Shown: positions 26,959 to 37,188 of the stretch, in pieces
Position numbering within the stretch: position 1 is the stretch's first letter
Layout of the letters: the number at the start of each line of letters is the position of its first letter
Source: an uncultured Bacilli bacterium
GTDB lineage: Bacteria > Bacillota_I > Bacilli_A > RF39 > UBA660
DNA length: 53,632 bases
Assembly: GCA_934141615.1 (NCBI GenBank)
Contig: CAKPCM010000001.1
Location: 1 to 53,632 of the forward strand
Direction of reading: 5' to 3'
Position numbers and translations under genes: made by a program
The notes under the pieces: model-generated
What the model saw: only the letters and a program-made list of their open reading frames with translations
Database searches by the model: none
What the model was told of the DNA's origin: nothing

Positions 26959-28434
26959 ATGGAAAAATACGATATCATAAAAGATATATCAAAAAGAACA
27001 GGTGGCGACATATATCTAGGTGTAGTAGGAGCGGTTAGAACGGGTAAGTCTACTTTTATAAAAAAATGTATAGAAAACTTAGTTGTTCCAAATATTAAAG
27101 ATGAATACGAAAGAAAAAGGTGTTTAGATGAAATACCTCAAACAGCTCAAGGTAAAACAATCATGACGATAGAACCTAAGTTTGTTCCTTCTAATGCCGC
27201 AACTATTGCAATAGATGATTTTACCGCAAACATAAGGTTAATTGACTGTGTTGGATATGTTATTGATGCTGCAAAAGGATACGAAGATGATAATGGTCCT
27301 CGTATGGTTAGAACTCCTTGGTATGATGAAGAAATACCTTTTGTTGAAGCAGCAGAAATAGGAACTGAAAAGGTTATTAGAGATCATTCTACAATTGGTA
27401 TAGTAGTTACAACTGATGGTAGTTTTGGTGAAATAAAAAGAGAAGATTACGTGCCTGCTGAAAAACAGGTTATAGATGAACTTAAAGAAATAGGAAAACC
27501 TTTCATAGTAGTTTTAAACTCTGCTCATCCAACACATCCTGATACTGAAAAATTAGCAGAAAGCTTAAGAGATGAGTATAAAGTTCCTGTTTTGCCAGTT
27601 AGTGTTGAGGCTATGGGAGAAAAGGAAATATATAACATATTAAAAGAGGCATTATTTGAATTTCCTGTATTAGGTGTAAATGTTAATATACCAGATTGGA
27701 TAGCTTGTTTATCTTATAAGCATCCTGTTAAAAAAGAATATATCGAAAGAATTAAAGAAAGTGTAACTGAAGTTGATAAAGTAAGAGATGTTGATACAAT
27801 AATAGAACACTTTAATGGGTGTGAGGTAATTAGTAAGGCTTATTTATCTTCGGTTGATACTGCAGAAGGTGAAATAACGATAAATCTTGAGGCTCCAGAC
27901 GGATTATATAACGAGGTTTTAAACGAAATAATTGGAACTGAAATAGATTCTAAGGCTAAATTAATTAGTTTGTTTACAGAACTTAATGAAACAAGAGAAG
28001 AATTTTCACAAGTAAAAGAAGCGATTAAAATGGTTAAACAAACTGGTTATGGTACTTCATTTCCAACGATTAAAGACATGAAACTTGCAACTCCAGAAAT
28101 AATAAAACAGGGAACTAGATACGGTGTTAAATTAAAGGCAGTAGCGCCATCTATTCATATGATAAGGGTTGATGTAGAATCAACATTTGAACCTATAATA
28201 GGATCTGAAACTCAAAGTAAGGAATTAATTGATAACTTAATGAAAGATTATGAAGCAGATCCTGATAGCGTATGGAAAAGTGAAATGTTTGGTAGAAGCT
28301 TAGATAATATAGTTCAAGAAGGAATAAGAGGTAAGTTATCACTTATGCCAGATAACATAAGACACAAACTTCAAACAACATTAACCAAGGTAGTTAATAA
28401 GGGTTCTAATAATATGATAGCTATAGTAATATAG
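26959..28434 (+). CDS. spoIVA: Stage IV sporulation protein A (spore coat morphogenetic ATPase)
   Basis: N-terminal DIYLGVVGAVRTGKSTFIKK Walker A, 491 aa, C-terminal …NMIAIVI as in SpoIVA orthologues. Confidence 0.95.
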   Translation: MEKYDIIKDISKRTGGDIYLGVVGAVRTGKSTFIKKCIENLVVPNIKDEYERKRCLDEIPQTAQGKTIMTIEPKFVPSNAATIAIDDFTANIRLIDCVGYVIDAAKGYEDDNGPRMVRTPWYDEEIPFVEAAEIGTEKVIRDHSTIGIVVTTDGSFGEIKREDYVPAEKQVIDELKEIGKPFIVVLNSAHPTHPDTEKLAESLRDEYKVPVLPVSVEAMGEKEIYNILKEALFEFPVLGVNVNIPDWIACLSYKHPVKKEYIERIKESVTEVDKVRDVDTIIEHFNGCEVISKAYLSSVDTAEGEITINLEAPDGLYNEVLNEIIGTEIDSKAKLISLFTELNETREEFSQVKEAIKMVKQTGYGTSFPTIKDMKLATPEIIKQGTRYGVKLKAVAPSIHMIRVDVESTFEPIIGSETQSKELIDNLMKDYEADPDSVWKSEMFGRSLDNIVQEGIRGKLSLMPDNIRHKLQTTLTKVVNKGSNNMIAIVI

Positions 28435-28501
28435 TTATCATTTTTTTTAAATTAAATCATGATAATTATAAAAAATGTAGACAAAATAAATTAAAATACT
28501 A

Positions 28502-28529
28502 TTGAATGATCATGCTTTTATGTTAATAT
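28502..28529 (+). promoter_or_regulatory. Sigma-A-like promoter TTGAAT-16-TAATAT (with upstream TG) for the MazG-like/DUF2075 operon
   Basis: -35 at 28502-28507 and -10 at 28524-28529, preceded by TGT. Lies in the 114-bp gap after spoIVA. Confidence 0.4.
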
Positions 28530-28548
28530 ATATAAGAGGTGTGAACTT

Positions 28549-28863
28549 ATGAGAGAATTACAAGAAAAGATAGAAAAGTTTAACAAAGATAGAGACTGGG
28601 ATCAATTTCATTCCCCAGAAAATTTAGCTAAAAGTATTTGCATAGAGGCGGGAGAATTATTAGAGTGTTTTCAGTGGAATAACGAATATGAATTAAATGA
28701 AGTTAAAGAAGAACTTGCTGACGTTTTAAACTATTGCATTTTAATGGCAAGCAAACTAGGCCTTGATCCTAAAAAAATAGTTTTGGATAAAATGGAAAAA
28801 ACAGCTAAAAAATACCCGATAGAAAAAGCAAAGGGTGTTAGTACAAAGTACACGAAATTATAG
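28549..28863 (+). CDS. MazG-like all-alpha nucleoside-triphosphate pyrophosphohydrolase (DCTPP1-like), 104 aa
   Basis: RDWDQFHSPENLAKSICIEAGELLECFQW and EELADVLNYCI metal-binding E-x-x-E / E-x-x-D helices. Confidence 0.8.
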   Translation: MRELQEKIEKFNKDRDWDQFHSPENLAKSICIEAGELLECFQWNNEYELNEVKEELADVLNYCILMASKLGLDPKKIVLDKMEKTAKKYPIEKAKGVSTKYTKL

Positions 28864-28873
28864 GAGATGTTAC

Positions 28874-30640
28874 ATGAAAGCTACAAAACCCATAATAAAG
28901 TTAATTTCGGACACAAAAGAAGGTTTGCAAAACTTTAGATGCAATTTAAATAATAGTTTAAAATATAGAGAAATAGATTTGATAAATAATTATCCTGTTG
29001 TTTATATACATGGTTGGAAAAGAAATGGTAAGTTTGAGATATATGTTGGTGAATCTGGTAATTTTTTTCGAAGAACTAAAGAACATTATGATTTAATAGA
29101 AAGTGATCAGTGGGAGCATAATCTTAAAAATAATAAAGCTTTTTTATATGTAATAACACATGAATATTTTAATAAATCTTTGACGAAGGATATAGAAAAT
29201 AAATTAATTAAATATCTATCTAGTTCTAAAAGCGTAGCAAAAGTTTATAATGTAAAAAGTAATCCACAGAATAACTATTTTTCTCAAGATAAGTTTGACA
29301 GGATTTTTGCCAAAATATGGCAGCAGCTTAGAATGTATGATAATACACTGTTTTTATCTGAAAGTATAATAGAAAGCTCTGCAATTTTTAAAGCATCACC
29401 ACTTCATAAATTAAATGAAGAGCAGTTGCTAGCAAAAGAAAAGATGCTAGAAAGTATAGATTTGTGTTTATCAAAAGATGTTAATCATCAGTTGATTTTT
29501 GTTCGTGGAAATTCAGGAACTGGTAAAACTGTTTTAATGAGTAGTGTTTTTTATGATTTCATAAATATGAAAAGAAATTCCAAAAATAAAAATCCAGAAG
29601 TGGGCATTATAGTAAATAATAAGGAACAGGTAACTATTTATGAGGAAATCGTTGATAAACTAGACCTAAATATTAATGGTGAAAAAATGGTCTTTAAGTC
29701 AACTCAGTTTATTAACTTATTTAAAAATAAAAAAAATTCACCAGCTAAGAGAACTAAAAAATACGATGTTTTGTTTGTTGATGAGGCACACTTATTATTA
29801 ACTAGAAAGAATCAGGCATATACAGAAAATGAATATCAACTAACTGAAATTATGAAGTATGCAAAAGTTGTTGTGGCAATTTTTGATAGAAGACAAATTA
29901 TGAATGCTGAACAATATTTGGGAAAAGAGGAAGTTGATAAATTTATTAACATGGCAAAACAAAACGATAGTTTTATAGAATTAAATATTCAAATGAGAAT
30001 GAAAACAAGCAAAGAATTGGAACGTTGGATAAGGGCAATTTATACTGACGGAGTAATTACAAAAGCACCAAGTAATCGTGAAAAATACGAAATAAAAATA
30101 TTTGATACTCCAAAGAAATTAGAATCAGCTATTAGAAAAAAAGCAAGTTCCAAAAAAACACCTTTGTCCCGTTTAATTGCAACGTATGATTGGAAGTATA
30201 GAGAAAACTCTAGACCAAAAAATAAAAAATATTGGGATGTTACAATAGGGGATTGGGCAATGCCGTGGAATTATGAATTATCACAAGATTTAACTTATAG
30301 GGAAAAGCAAAATATCAAGAAATTACCATGGGCACAACAACCTCATACAATTAATGAGGTTGGGTCGATTTATACAATCCATGGATTTGACTTAAATTAT
30401 GCGGGAGTTATTATAGGACCATCTATTAAATATAGAAATGGGAAAATTTTATTTGATTCATCACTTAGTTATAACGATAAGGCAAAACAAAAGCGAAAAC
30501 TTCCTGATGGAACCAGTAAGAGTTTTGGAGAGGAATTCTTACAGAACGAATTAGGAGTTCTTTTAACACGCGGGGTAAATGGTTTATATATTTACGCTTG
30601 CGATGATGCTTTAAGAGAACAATTGAAAAAATCATTATAA
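28874..30640 (+). CDS. GIY-YIG-like nuclease domain fused to a DUF2075 (Schlafen-like SF1) P-loop ATPase/helicase
   Basis: N-terminus VVYIH…EIYVGESGNFFRRTKEH…KDIENKLIKYL (GIY-YIG pattern). Walker A GNSGTGKT, Walker B VLFVDEAHLL, C-terminus GFDLNYAGVIIGPS…LLTRGVNGLYIYA. AGGAG lies 7 nt upstream and the start is 10 nt after the MazG-like stop. Confidence 0.7.
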   Translation: MKATKPIIKLISDTKEGLQNFRCNLNNSLKYREIDLINNYPVVYIHGWKRNGKFEIYVGESGNFFRRTKEHYDLIESDQWEHNLKNNKAFLYVITHEYFNKSLTKDIENKLIKYLSSSKSVAKVYNVKSNPQNNYFSQDKFDRIFAKIWQQLRMYDNTLFLSESIIESSAIFKASPLHKLNEEQLLAKEKMLESIDLCLSKDVNHQLIFVRGNSGTGKTVLMSSVFYDFINMKRNSKNKNPEVGIIVNNKEQVTIYEEIVDKLDLNINGEKMVFKSTQFINLFKNKKNSPAKRTKKYDVLFVDEAHLLLTRKNQAYTENEYQLTEIMKYAKVVVAIFDRRQIMNAEQYLGKEEVDKFINMAKQNDSFIELNIQMRMKTSKELERWIRAIYTDGVITKAPSNREKYEIKIFDTPKKLESAIRKKASSKKTPLSRLIATYDWKYRENSRPKNKKYWDVTIGDWAMPWNYELSQDLTYREKQNIKKLPWAQQPHTINEVGSIYTIHGFDLNYAGVIIGPSIKYRNGKILFDSSLSYNDKAKQKRKLPDGTSKSFGEEFLQNELGVLLTRGVNGLYIYACDDALREQLKKSL

Positions 30641-30725
30641 AAAAACAAATAATAAATGGAAGGTTAAAAATGCCTTCTTTTAATTTTTTATAAAATATAC
30701 TATAATTATATTAGGTGAATTACTT

Positions 30726-31811
30726 ATGAAAAAAAATATTTTAATAGCATCATATAACTTAGATTTTGGAGGAATAGAAACCTCTTTAATAAACTTGCTT
30801 AAAAACATTAACTTTGATAAATATAAAGTTACTTTAGTACTTGAAAAAAAAGAAGGTGTCTTTCTAAGAGATGTTCCAAAAGACGTTGTTATAAAAGAGT
30901 ATAACGTAAGTGATACAAAAAACTTTCTTTTTAGAAAAATAGTAAACCTGCTTAAAAGAATTAAATGGCTTTTATTTAATTATAAAAGATATTATGCAAG
31001 TATATCTTATGCAACATATTCTAAGCCCTCTTCATTTTTAGCAAGGACCTCGTCTAATAATAAAACTTTATTTGTTCATAGTAATTATTATATGGCCTAT
31101 GATAAAGATATTAATAAGGTAAAAGAGTTTTTTGATGGGGTAAAAATAAATGAATATAATCATGTTGTATTTGTTAGTAACGAATCTAAAAAAGATCTAT
31201 GTAAGATATATAAAACAATAGAAGGTAAATCAGTTACGATAAATAACTTAGTTGATTATGAAAGAATTTTAAAGTTATCTAATAAAAAGATAGAAATAAA
31301 AAGGACTAATAAAAAGATTTTCTTATTTGTAGGAAGGTTAGATGAATCATCCAAAAGGCTTACGCTTCTTTTAAGAGTAGCAAATAAATGCAAGCAAGAT
31401 AAAGTAAAAGCTATGTTTTGGATAATAGGAAGTGGACCTGACGAAAAAAAATATAAAGATATAGTAAATAAAAACAAGTTAGATAACGTTGTTTTTATGG
31501 GAGCTAAAAAAAATCCATATCCATATATGAAAGCGTGTGATTATCTTATTTTAACATCGAAGTATGAAGGTTTTCCAGTTGTTTATAATGAGGCAATTAT
31601 ATTAGATAAACCTATTATTACAACAATAGATGTATCAGATGATTACGTATCAATTCCTAATAGATTTGGATATGTAGTAGATGAAAACAATATATATGAA
31701 AAGGTAAAATCTCTTTCAGAAAAAAAAGAAAAGTTAAAAGAAAAAGTTGACTATGATGCTTTAAATAAAAAAAGAATAAAATTAATAGAAGACATAATGG
31801 AGATGAAGTAA
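30726..31811 (+). CDS. Glycosyltransferase family 4 (GT-B)
   Basis: FGGIETSLINLLK, FVGRLDESSKR and EGFPVVYNEAI motifs. Confidence 0.8.
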   Translation: MKKNILIASYNLDFGGIETSLINLLKNINFDKYKVTLVLEKKEGVFLRDVPKDVVIKEYNVSDTKNFLFRKIVNLLKRIKWLLFNYKRYYASISYATYSKPSSFLARTSSNNKTLFVHSNYYMAYDKDINKVKEFFDGVKINEYNHVVFVSNESKKDLCKIYKTIEGKSVTINNLVDYERILKLSNKKIEIKRTNKKIFLFVGRLDESSKRLTLLLRVANKCKQDKVKAMFWIIGSGPDEKKYKDIVNKNKLDNVVFMGAKKNPYPYMKACDYLILTSKYEGFPVVYNEAIILDKPIITTIDVSDDYVSIPNRFGYVVDENNIYEKVKSLSEKKEKLKEKVDYDALNKKRIKLIEDIMEMK

Positions 31812-32752
31812 TGATTAAATACAGTTTTATAGTACCAGTATATAATACAGAAAAATACTTAAAAAAATGTTTGGATTCACTTATTAATCAAACATATAAG
31901 AATTTTGAGATAATAGTAGTAAATGATGGTTCGACTGATAAAAGTAGTAATATAATTTCAAAGTATCAAAAGAAATATAAAAACATAATCGTAATAGATA
32001 AAGAAAATGAAGGACTTTCTATGGCACGTAATAGAGGTGTTCAAAAATCAAGTGGAAAATACATAATATTTGTTGATAGTGATGATTATGTATCAAATGA
32101 ATTATTAGAAGAAGTAGATAAAAAAATAGATGATAGTGATATCTTAAGATTTCAGATAGCAACGGAAGATGAAAACTATACAAAAATAAACGAATATCAT
32201 GAAGAGGGTTTTGAATCCATGTGCGGATATGATGCATTTAAGTATTTGTCGTCATATCATTTTGTTGAACCTGCTTGGTGTTATGTAATAAGAAGAGATT
32301 ATTATATAGAAAATAAATTTAGTTTTAAAATGGGCGTATATCACGAAGACTTTGGCCTTATTCCGTATGTAATTTATAAGGCAAGAAAGGTTAAATCGAT
32401 AGACTTTATTGGTTATTATTACATACAAAGAAATGGCAGTATAATGAATAATAACGATTACAAAAAGACTGTTAAAAAGGCCTTTGATATGTTAGAACAA
32501 TATAAAACAATGAGACTATTTGCAAAAAATATAAATAGAAAAAATAACTTGGATGATTACTTTTTAAGTTATATATCAAACTCTGTTATAGTAAAGGCAA
32601 GAGAGCTTAAGAAAGATGAGAGAAAAGTATATAAACATGAACTTATAAAATTAAACGTATTTGATGGAGTGCTTGTTAATACAGGAATAAGAAGATTTAA
32701 AAAATACTTAATGAAACATAATTTAAACTTATATTTAAAGGTGGTAAAATGA
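31811..32752 (+). CDS. Glycosyltransferase family 2
   Basis: FIVPVYNTEKYLKKCLDSLINQTY…VNDGSTD…FVDSDD. Confidence 0.85.
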   Translation: MIKYSFIVPVYNTEKYLKKCLDSLINQTYKNFEIIVVNDGSTDKSSNIISKYQKKYKNIIVIDKENEGLSMARNRGVQKSSGKYIIFVDSDDYVSNELLEEVDKKIDDSDILRFQIATEDENYTKINEYHEEGFESMCGYDAFKYLSSYHFVEPAWCYVIRRDYYIENKFSFKMGVYHEDFGLIPYVIYKARKVKSIDFIGYYYIQRNGSIMNNNDYKKTVKKAFDMLEQYKTMRLFAKNINRKNNLDDYFLSYISNSVIVKARELKKDERKVYKHELIKLNVFDGVLVNTGIRRFKKYLMKHNLNLYLKVVK

Positions 32753-33696
32753 TGAAAGTATCAGTGGTGGTTCCAGTATATAATACAGAAAAATATTTAA
32801 GACGTTGCTTAGATAGTTTGGTTAATCAAACACTAGATGATATTGAGATAATTATAATAGATGATAAATCTCCTGATAATTCTACTTTAATTATAGATGA
32901 ATATAAGGAAAAGTATCATAATAAGATAAAAGTTATCCACAATAAAACTAATAAAGGAATCGGATATAATAGAAACCTGGGGATAAAATGTGCAAGTGGT
33001 AAGTACGTGGTCTTTGTTGATAGTGATGATTATCTTGATAAAGATAATTTGGAAAAAATGTATAATTATTCTGAGAAAAATAAAACCGATATTACTGTTT
33101 GTATGCTAAAGAAAGTTGATTTTAATGGTAAAACGTTAGGGTATGAAGATATACCATATTTTAAAATAACTAGTTTAAAAGAAAATCCAAATGTTTTAAT
33201 AGATATAAATATGGGGCCTGCTAATAAAATATTTAATAGAGCATTATTTGATGATGATACATATTTTTCCGAAAATTTAAAGTATGAAGATATGTACGTT
33301 ATTCCTAAATTAATAAAGAAAGCAAAAAAAATAGGTATGATAACTGATACAAACTACAATTATGTAATTCATGAAAAAAGTGAAACAACTACAATGAATG
33401 AAAGAGTATTTGATATATTGAAAGTTATGAAAAAGGTTAATGAAGATATAGGAAAAAATGAGTTTTATAAAGAACTTGAATTTTTAAACATAAGAACATT
33501 ATTTAGATATACTCTGCAGCAGAAAAATCAAAGTGATAAGAAATTAGCTAGTAAATTTATTGATGAGGTATTTGAGTTTTTAAATAATAATTTTCCTTGT
33601 TGGAAGAATAATGAAATATGGAAGAAAAGAAACATTTTAAAAAGAATGATAGAAGGAAATAAAACTTTGACAAAAATATATTGCAAAGCATTTTAA
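32749..33696 (+). CDS. Glycosyltransferase family 2
   Basis: VVVPVYNTEKYLRRCLDSLVNQT…IDDKSPD…FVDSDD. Paralogue of the preceding gene. Confidence 0.85.
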   Translation: MMKVSVVVPVYNTEKYLRRCLDSLVNQTLDDIEIIIIDDKSPDNSTLIIDEYKEKYHNKIKVIHNKTNKGIGYNRNLGIKCASGKYVVFVDSDDYLDKDNLEKMYNYSEKNKTDITVCMLKKVDFNGKTLGYEDIPYFKITSLKENPNVLIDINMGPANKIFNRALFDDDTYFSENLKYEDMYVIPKLIKKAKKIGMITDTNYNYVIHEKSETTTMNERVFDILKVMKKVNEDIGKNEFYKELEFLNIRTLFRYTLQQKNQSDKKLASKFIDEVFEFLNNNFPCWKNNEIWKKRNILKRMIEGNKTLTKIYCKAF

Positions 33697-33708
33697 TTAA
33701 AAAGTCAG

Positions 33709-33752
33709 AAATTAATCTTTAGCTATACTTCTAAAGATTAATTTTATTTTTG
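33709..33752 (+). terminator. Intrinsic terminator
   Basis: AAATTAATCTTTAG / CTAAAGATTAATTT 14-bp perfect hairpin followed by a T-rich tail. Confidence 0.8.
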
Positions 33753-33808
33753 AATAATAATTATTTTATGATATAATTAAATAGTCAAATGATTATAGAG
33801 GTGTATTT

Positions 33809-34621
33809 ATGAAAAGAATAAAGGCAATAATTATAAACTTTAAAAAATATTGGTTCTTAATGACCCAATTGATATCAAGAGATTTTAAGGTAAAATATAA
33901 AAGAAGTGTTTTGGGAATATTATGGAGTCTTCTTAATCCTATTTTAACAATGGCTGTTATGGCTGCTGTTTTTTCACAAATGTTTAGATTTAATGTTGAA
34001 GGTCAAAACTACATTGTATACTTGATGACAGGTATTATTATGTTTAACTATTTTTCCCAGGCATCAAGAGAGGCAATGACATCTGTTGTTGATAATTTTA
34101 CATTAATAAATAAAGTTTATATTCCAAAATACATATTTCCAGTTGCAAAATGTTTATTTGTTGGAATCGATTTTCTTTTAACTTTAATACCATGGTTTGG
34201 AATAGTTCTACTTTCATATGTTGGATTGGGACAATATACTTGTCATATTAGTTGGGCATATTTATTATTACCATACATTTTCCTTTGTATGCTAATGTTT
34301 ACAGTTGGAATGGGATTGTTACTTTCTTGTATATCAGTATTTTTAAGAGATGTTTGGCATATTTACGGAATTGCATTAACATTATGGAATTATTTAACTC
34401 CAGTGTTTTATAGCGTTGAAATATTACCACCACAACTACAATTTTTGATGAAATTTAACCCATTGTATCAATTTTTAACCGCTGCAAGAACCGTTGCTTT
34501 AGATGGAAAAGTTCCAGCATTAAAAAGTCTAGCTTTAATTGGGGTTATAGGACTTGCTATGTTATTAATTGGTGGAACAATATTCAGAAAGAAACAAGAT
34601 AAGTTTATTTATTATATATAG
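33809..34621 (+). CDS. tagG: ABC-2 type glycopolymer export permease (TagG/Wzm-like)
   Basis: FKVKYKRSVLGILWSLLNP N-terminal motif, six TM segments, paired with a TagH-like ATPase. Confidence 0.8.
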   Translation: MKRIKAIIINFKKYWFLMTQLISRDFKVKYKRSVLGILWSLLNPILTMAVMAAVFSQMFRFNVEGQNYIVYLMTGIIMFNYFSQASREAMTSVVDNFTLINKVYIPKYIFPVAKCLFVGIDFLLTLIPWFGIVLLSYVGLGQYTCHISWAYLLLPYIFLCMLMFTVGMGLLLSCISVFLRDVWHIYGIALTLWNYLTPVFYSVEILPPQLQFLMKFNPLYQFLTAARTVALDGKVPALKSLALIGVIGLAMLLIGGTIFRKKQDKFIYYI

Positions 34622-34632
34622 GAGGAAGCTTT

Positions 34633-35373
34633 ATGATTAAAATAGAACATGTATCAATGAAGTTTAATCTTGGAATAGAAAAAGAATTTTCAATTAAACA
34701 GGCATTTGTTAATTTATTTAGTAAAAAACATAAAAATAAGAAAAAGAAAGAGGATTTTTGGGCACTTAAAGACGTTGATTTTAACATAGGAAAGGGAGAA
34801 GTTGTTGGCCTTATTGGTAGTAATGGTGCTGGAAAATCAACACTATTAAAGGTTGTAAGTGGAGTTATGAAACCAACTAAAGGAAAGGTAGAAGTCCACG
34901 GAGTAATATCTCCAATGATAGAACTTGGAGCAGGATTTGATGGAAATTTAACAGCTAGAGAAAATATATATCTAAATGGTGCAATATTAGGATATTCCAA
35001 AAAGTTTCTTGATTCAAAGTTTGATGAAATAGTGGAATTTTCTGAACTTAAGGATTTTCTTGAAGTTCCAGTTAAAAACTTCTCATCAGGTATGACAGCT
35101 AAACTTGCATTTTCTATTGCAACTATAGTTAATCCTGAAATACTAATAGTAGATGAAATATTATCAGTTGGGGATATTAAGTTTCAAGAAAAAAGTAAAA
35201 AGAAAATGATGGATATGATAAAAGGTGGTACAACCGTTTTATATGTTTCACACTCTCTAGGATCTATTAAAGATTTGTGCACTAAAGTAGTTTGGTTGGA
35301 ACATGGTAAGGTAGTAAAAATGGGTGATACAAAAGAAATATGTGATGAATATTATAAAGCACAGATGAATTAA
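34633..35373 (+). CDS. tagH: Glycopolymer export ABC ATP-binding protein (TagH/Wzt-like, no C-terminal extension)
   Basis: GSNGAGKSTLLK, FSSGMTAKLAF and LIVDEILSVGD. Confidence 0.85.
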   Translation: MIKIEHVSMKFNLGIEKEFSIKQAFVNLFSKKHKNKKKKEDFWALKDVDFNIGKGEVVGLIGSNGAGKSTLLKVVSGVMKPTKGKVEVHGVISPMIELGAGFDGNLTARENIYLNGAILGYSKKFLDSKFDEIVEFSELKDFLEVPVKNFSSGMTAKLAFSIATIVNPEILIVDEILSVGDIKFQEKSKKKMMDMIKGGTTVLYVSHSLGSIKDLCTKVVWLEHGKVVKMGDTKEICDEYYKAQMN

Positions 35374-35383
35374 TGGAGGTTAT

Positions 35384-37177
35384 ATGAGCAAATATATTCA
35401 CTATTGTTGGTTTGGTGGGAAACCACTTCCTAAATTAGCTAAAAAATGTATTAAAAGTTGGAAGAAATATTTACCAGATTATGAAATTATAGAATGGAAT
35501 GAAAATAATGTTGATTTAAATGAGTGTCCATTTATTAAAGAAGCTTATAAATATAAAAAGTGGGCTTTTGTTGCAGACTATGCAAGAACAAAAGCAATAT
35601 ATGAAATGGGTGGAATATACTTTGATACTGATATGATGATAACTAAAGATATTAGTTTTCTATTAGATAAAGAAACGTTTTTAGGAGTAGAAGATTCCAT
35701 GATGGTAAATGCTGCTGTTTGGGGTGCTAGCAAACCAAAAACTTATTTTGCCAAAAGAATGATGGACTTTTATAAGTCACAGGAGCATTTTGACATAGAC
35801 AATATATATAAGATGAGTATTCCTAGAATAATTACTAGAATATTAGATGAGTTTGGATTTGATCCTTCGGTTGATGAAGTTCAAGTATTGCATAATGATA
35901 TATATGTTTATCCAAGACCATACTTTTATCCACTATCATATAACTTTAAGGATAATAAGTTTTCTGATAATACTTGTATGATTCATTATTTTGATGCTAC
36001 TTGGATACCAAAAAATGATCAAATTGAAACGAAATTAATTAGAAAATTTGGTGCCAAGCCTACTGCACTAGCTCTTAAAATATATAGATTTCTAAAAAGA
36101 AATATAAAAAGAATGATTAAATTGTGTTTATTTCCAGTGGTTTTATATAGAAGATATAAAAGAAAAATAAATGCTAAATATTTGAAAAATTTATCGGTTG
36201 CGATGGAAGATATAAGTAAAATAAAAAAAGATTATTTGGTTATGCACAACCCAGAGTGGTTAGGGGTAACAAGTGCTACCATTGAACTTTTTGATTCAAG
36301 GGTAAGATGTGGTGAATTATTAAGAAAAAAAGACATAAAAAAAGTAAAGGAAGCAATATTATCTACCAATGTAAAACAGGTTGTATTTAGTGCCATGGCA
36401 TTGGGTTGGAAAGAACTTGCAATACAATTAAAAAAAGATAATCCAAGCATTAAAATAAAAGTATTTTGGCATGGAAGTAATTCACAAGTTTCCGAACCTT
36501 ATGGATGGGCTCGTAATATAGAAATAATAGAATTACATAAAAAAGGAATAATAGATGTATTTGCTAGTTGTAAAGAAAGTATAATAAACTTTTATAAAAA
36601 TGAAGGTTATAATACGATGCTAGTTAGAAACACTGTTAGACTTCCTAAGAAGATATCTGGAAAATCACCAAAGGATAAAATAAAAATAGGTATTTATGCT
36701 GCAAAATGTGATGATTGGAGAAAAAACTTGTTTGCAGGCCTTGCAGCAGCATCATTAATACCAAATGCGGTTGTTGATATGGTTCCTCTTAATCCAGAAG
36801 CAAAAACTTTTGCAAATGAATTAGGATTAAAACTTGAAGGACTTGATAAACCAATTCCTAGAAATGAATTATTAAAGAGAATGTCTAATAATACAATAAA
36901 CTTGTATGTTACTTTTTCAGAGTGTGCTCCTATGCTTCCGATAGAAAGTTTTGAAGTTGGAGTACCTTGTATATCAGGAAATAATCATCACTATTTTAAA
37001 AATCAAGAATTAGAAAAGTATGTAATTGTAAAAAACGAGGAAAATCCTGTTCAAATTTCAAAACAAATAAATAATTGTTTAGAAAATAAAAATGAAGTAA
37101 TGAAACTTTATAAAAAATGGAAGAAAGAAAATGATGCACTTTCAAAACAAAGTGTAAAAGACTTTCTTGATATGTAA
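35384..37177 (+). CDS. Two-domain glycosyltransferase: N-terminal GT32-like (DXD sugar-binding region) + C-terminal GT-B-like half
   Basis: IHYCWFGGKPLP…WAFVADYARTKAIYEMGGIYFDTDM at the N-terminus. C-terminal …ESFEVGVPCISGN… resembles a GT4 C-terminal half. Confidence 0.65.
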   Translation: MSKYIHYCWFGGKPLPKLAKKCIKSWKKYLPDYEIIEWNENNVDLNECPFIKEAYKYKKWAFVADYARTKAIYEMGGIYFDTDMMITKDISFLLDKETFLGVEDSMMVNAAVWGASKPKTYFAKRMMDFYKSQEHFDIDNIYKMSIPRIITRILDEFGFDPSVDEVQVLHNDIYVYPRPYFYPLSYNFKDNKFSDNTCMIHYFDATWIPKNDQIETKLIRKFGAKPTALALKIYRFLKRNIKRMIKLCLFPVVLYRRYKRKINAKYLKNLSVAMEDISKIKKDYLVMHNPEWLGVTSATIELFDSRVRCGELLRKKDIKKVKEAILSTNVKQVVFSAMALGWKELAIQLKKDNPSIKIKVFWHGSNSQVSEPYGWARNIEIIELHKKGIIDVFASCKESIINFYKNEGYNTMLVRNTVRLPKKISGKSPKDKIKIGIYAAKCDDWRKNLFAGLAAASLIPNAVVDMVPLNPEAKTFANELGLKLEGLDKPIPRNELLKRMSNNTINLYVTFSECAPMLPIESFEVGVPCISGNNHHYFKNQELEKYVIVKNEENPVQISKQINNCLENKNEVMKLYKKWKKENDALSKQSVKDFLDM

Positions 37178-37188
37178 AGAGGTGACGT

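Noticed and set aside
34605-35000. 131-aa reverse-strand ORF
   Set aside because: It is antisense to the TagH-like ABC ATPase, whose Walker motifs are unambiguous, and matches no recognisable family.
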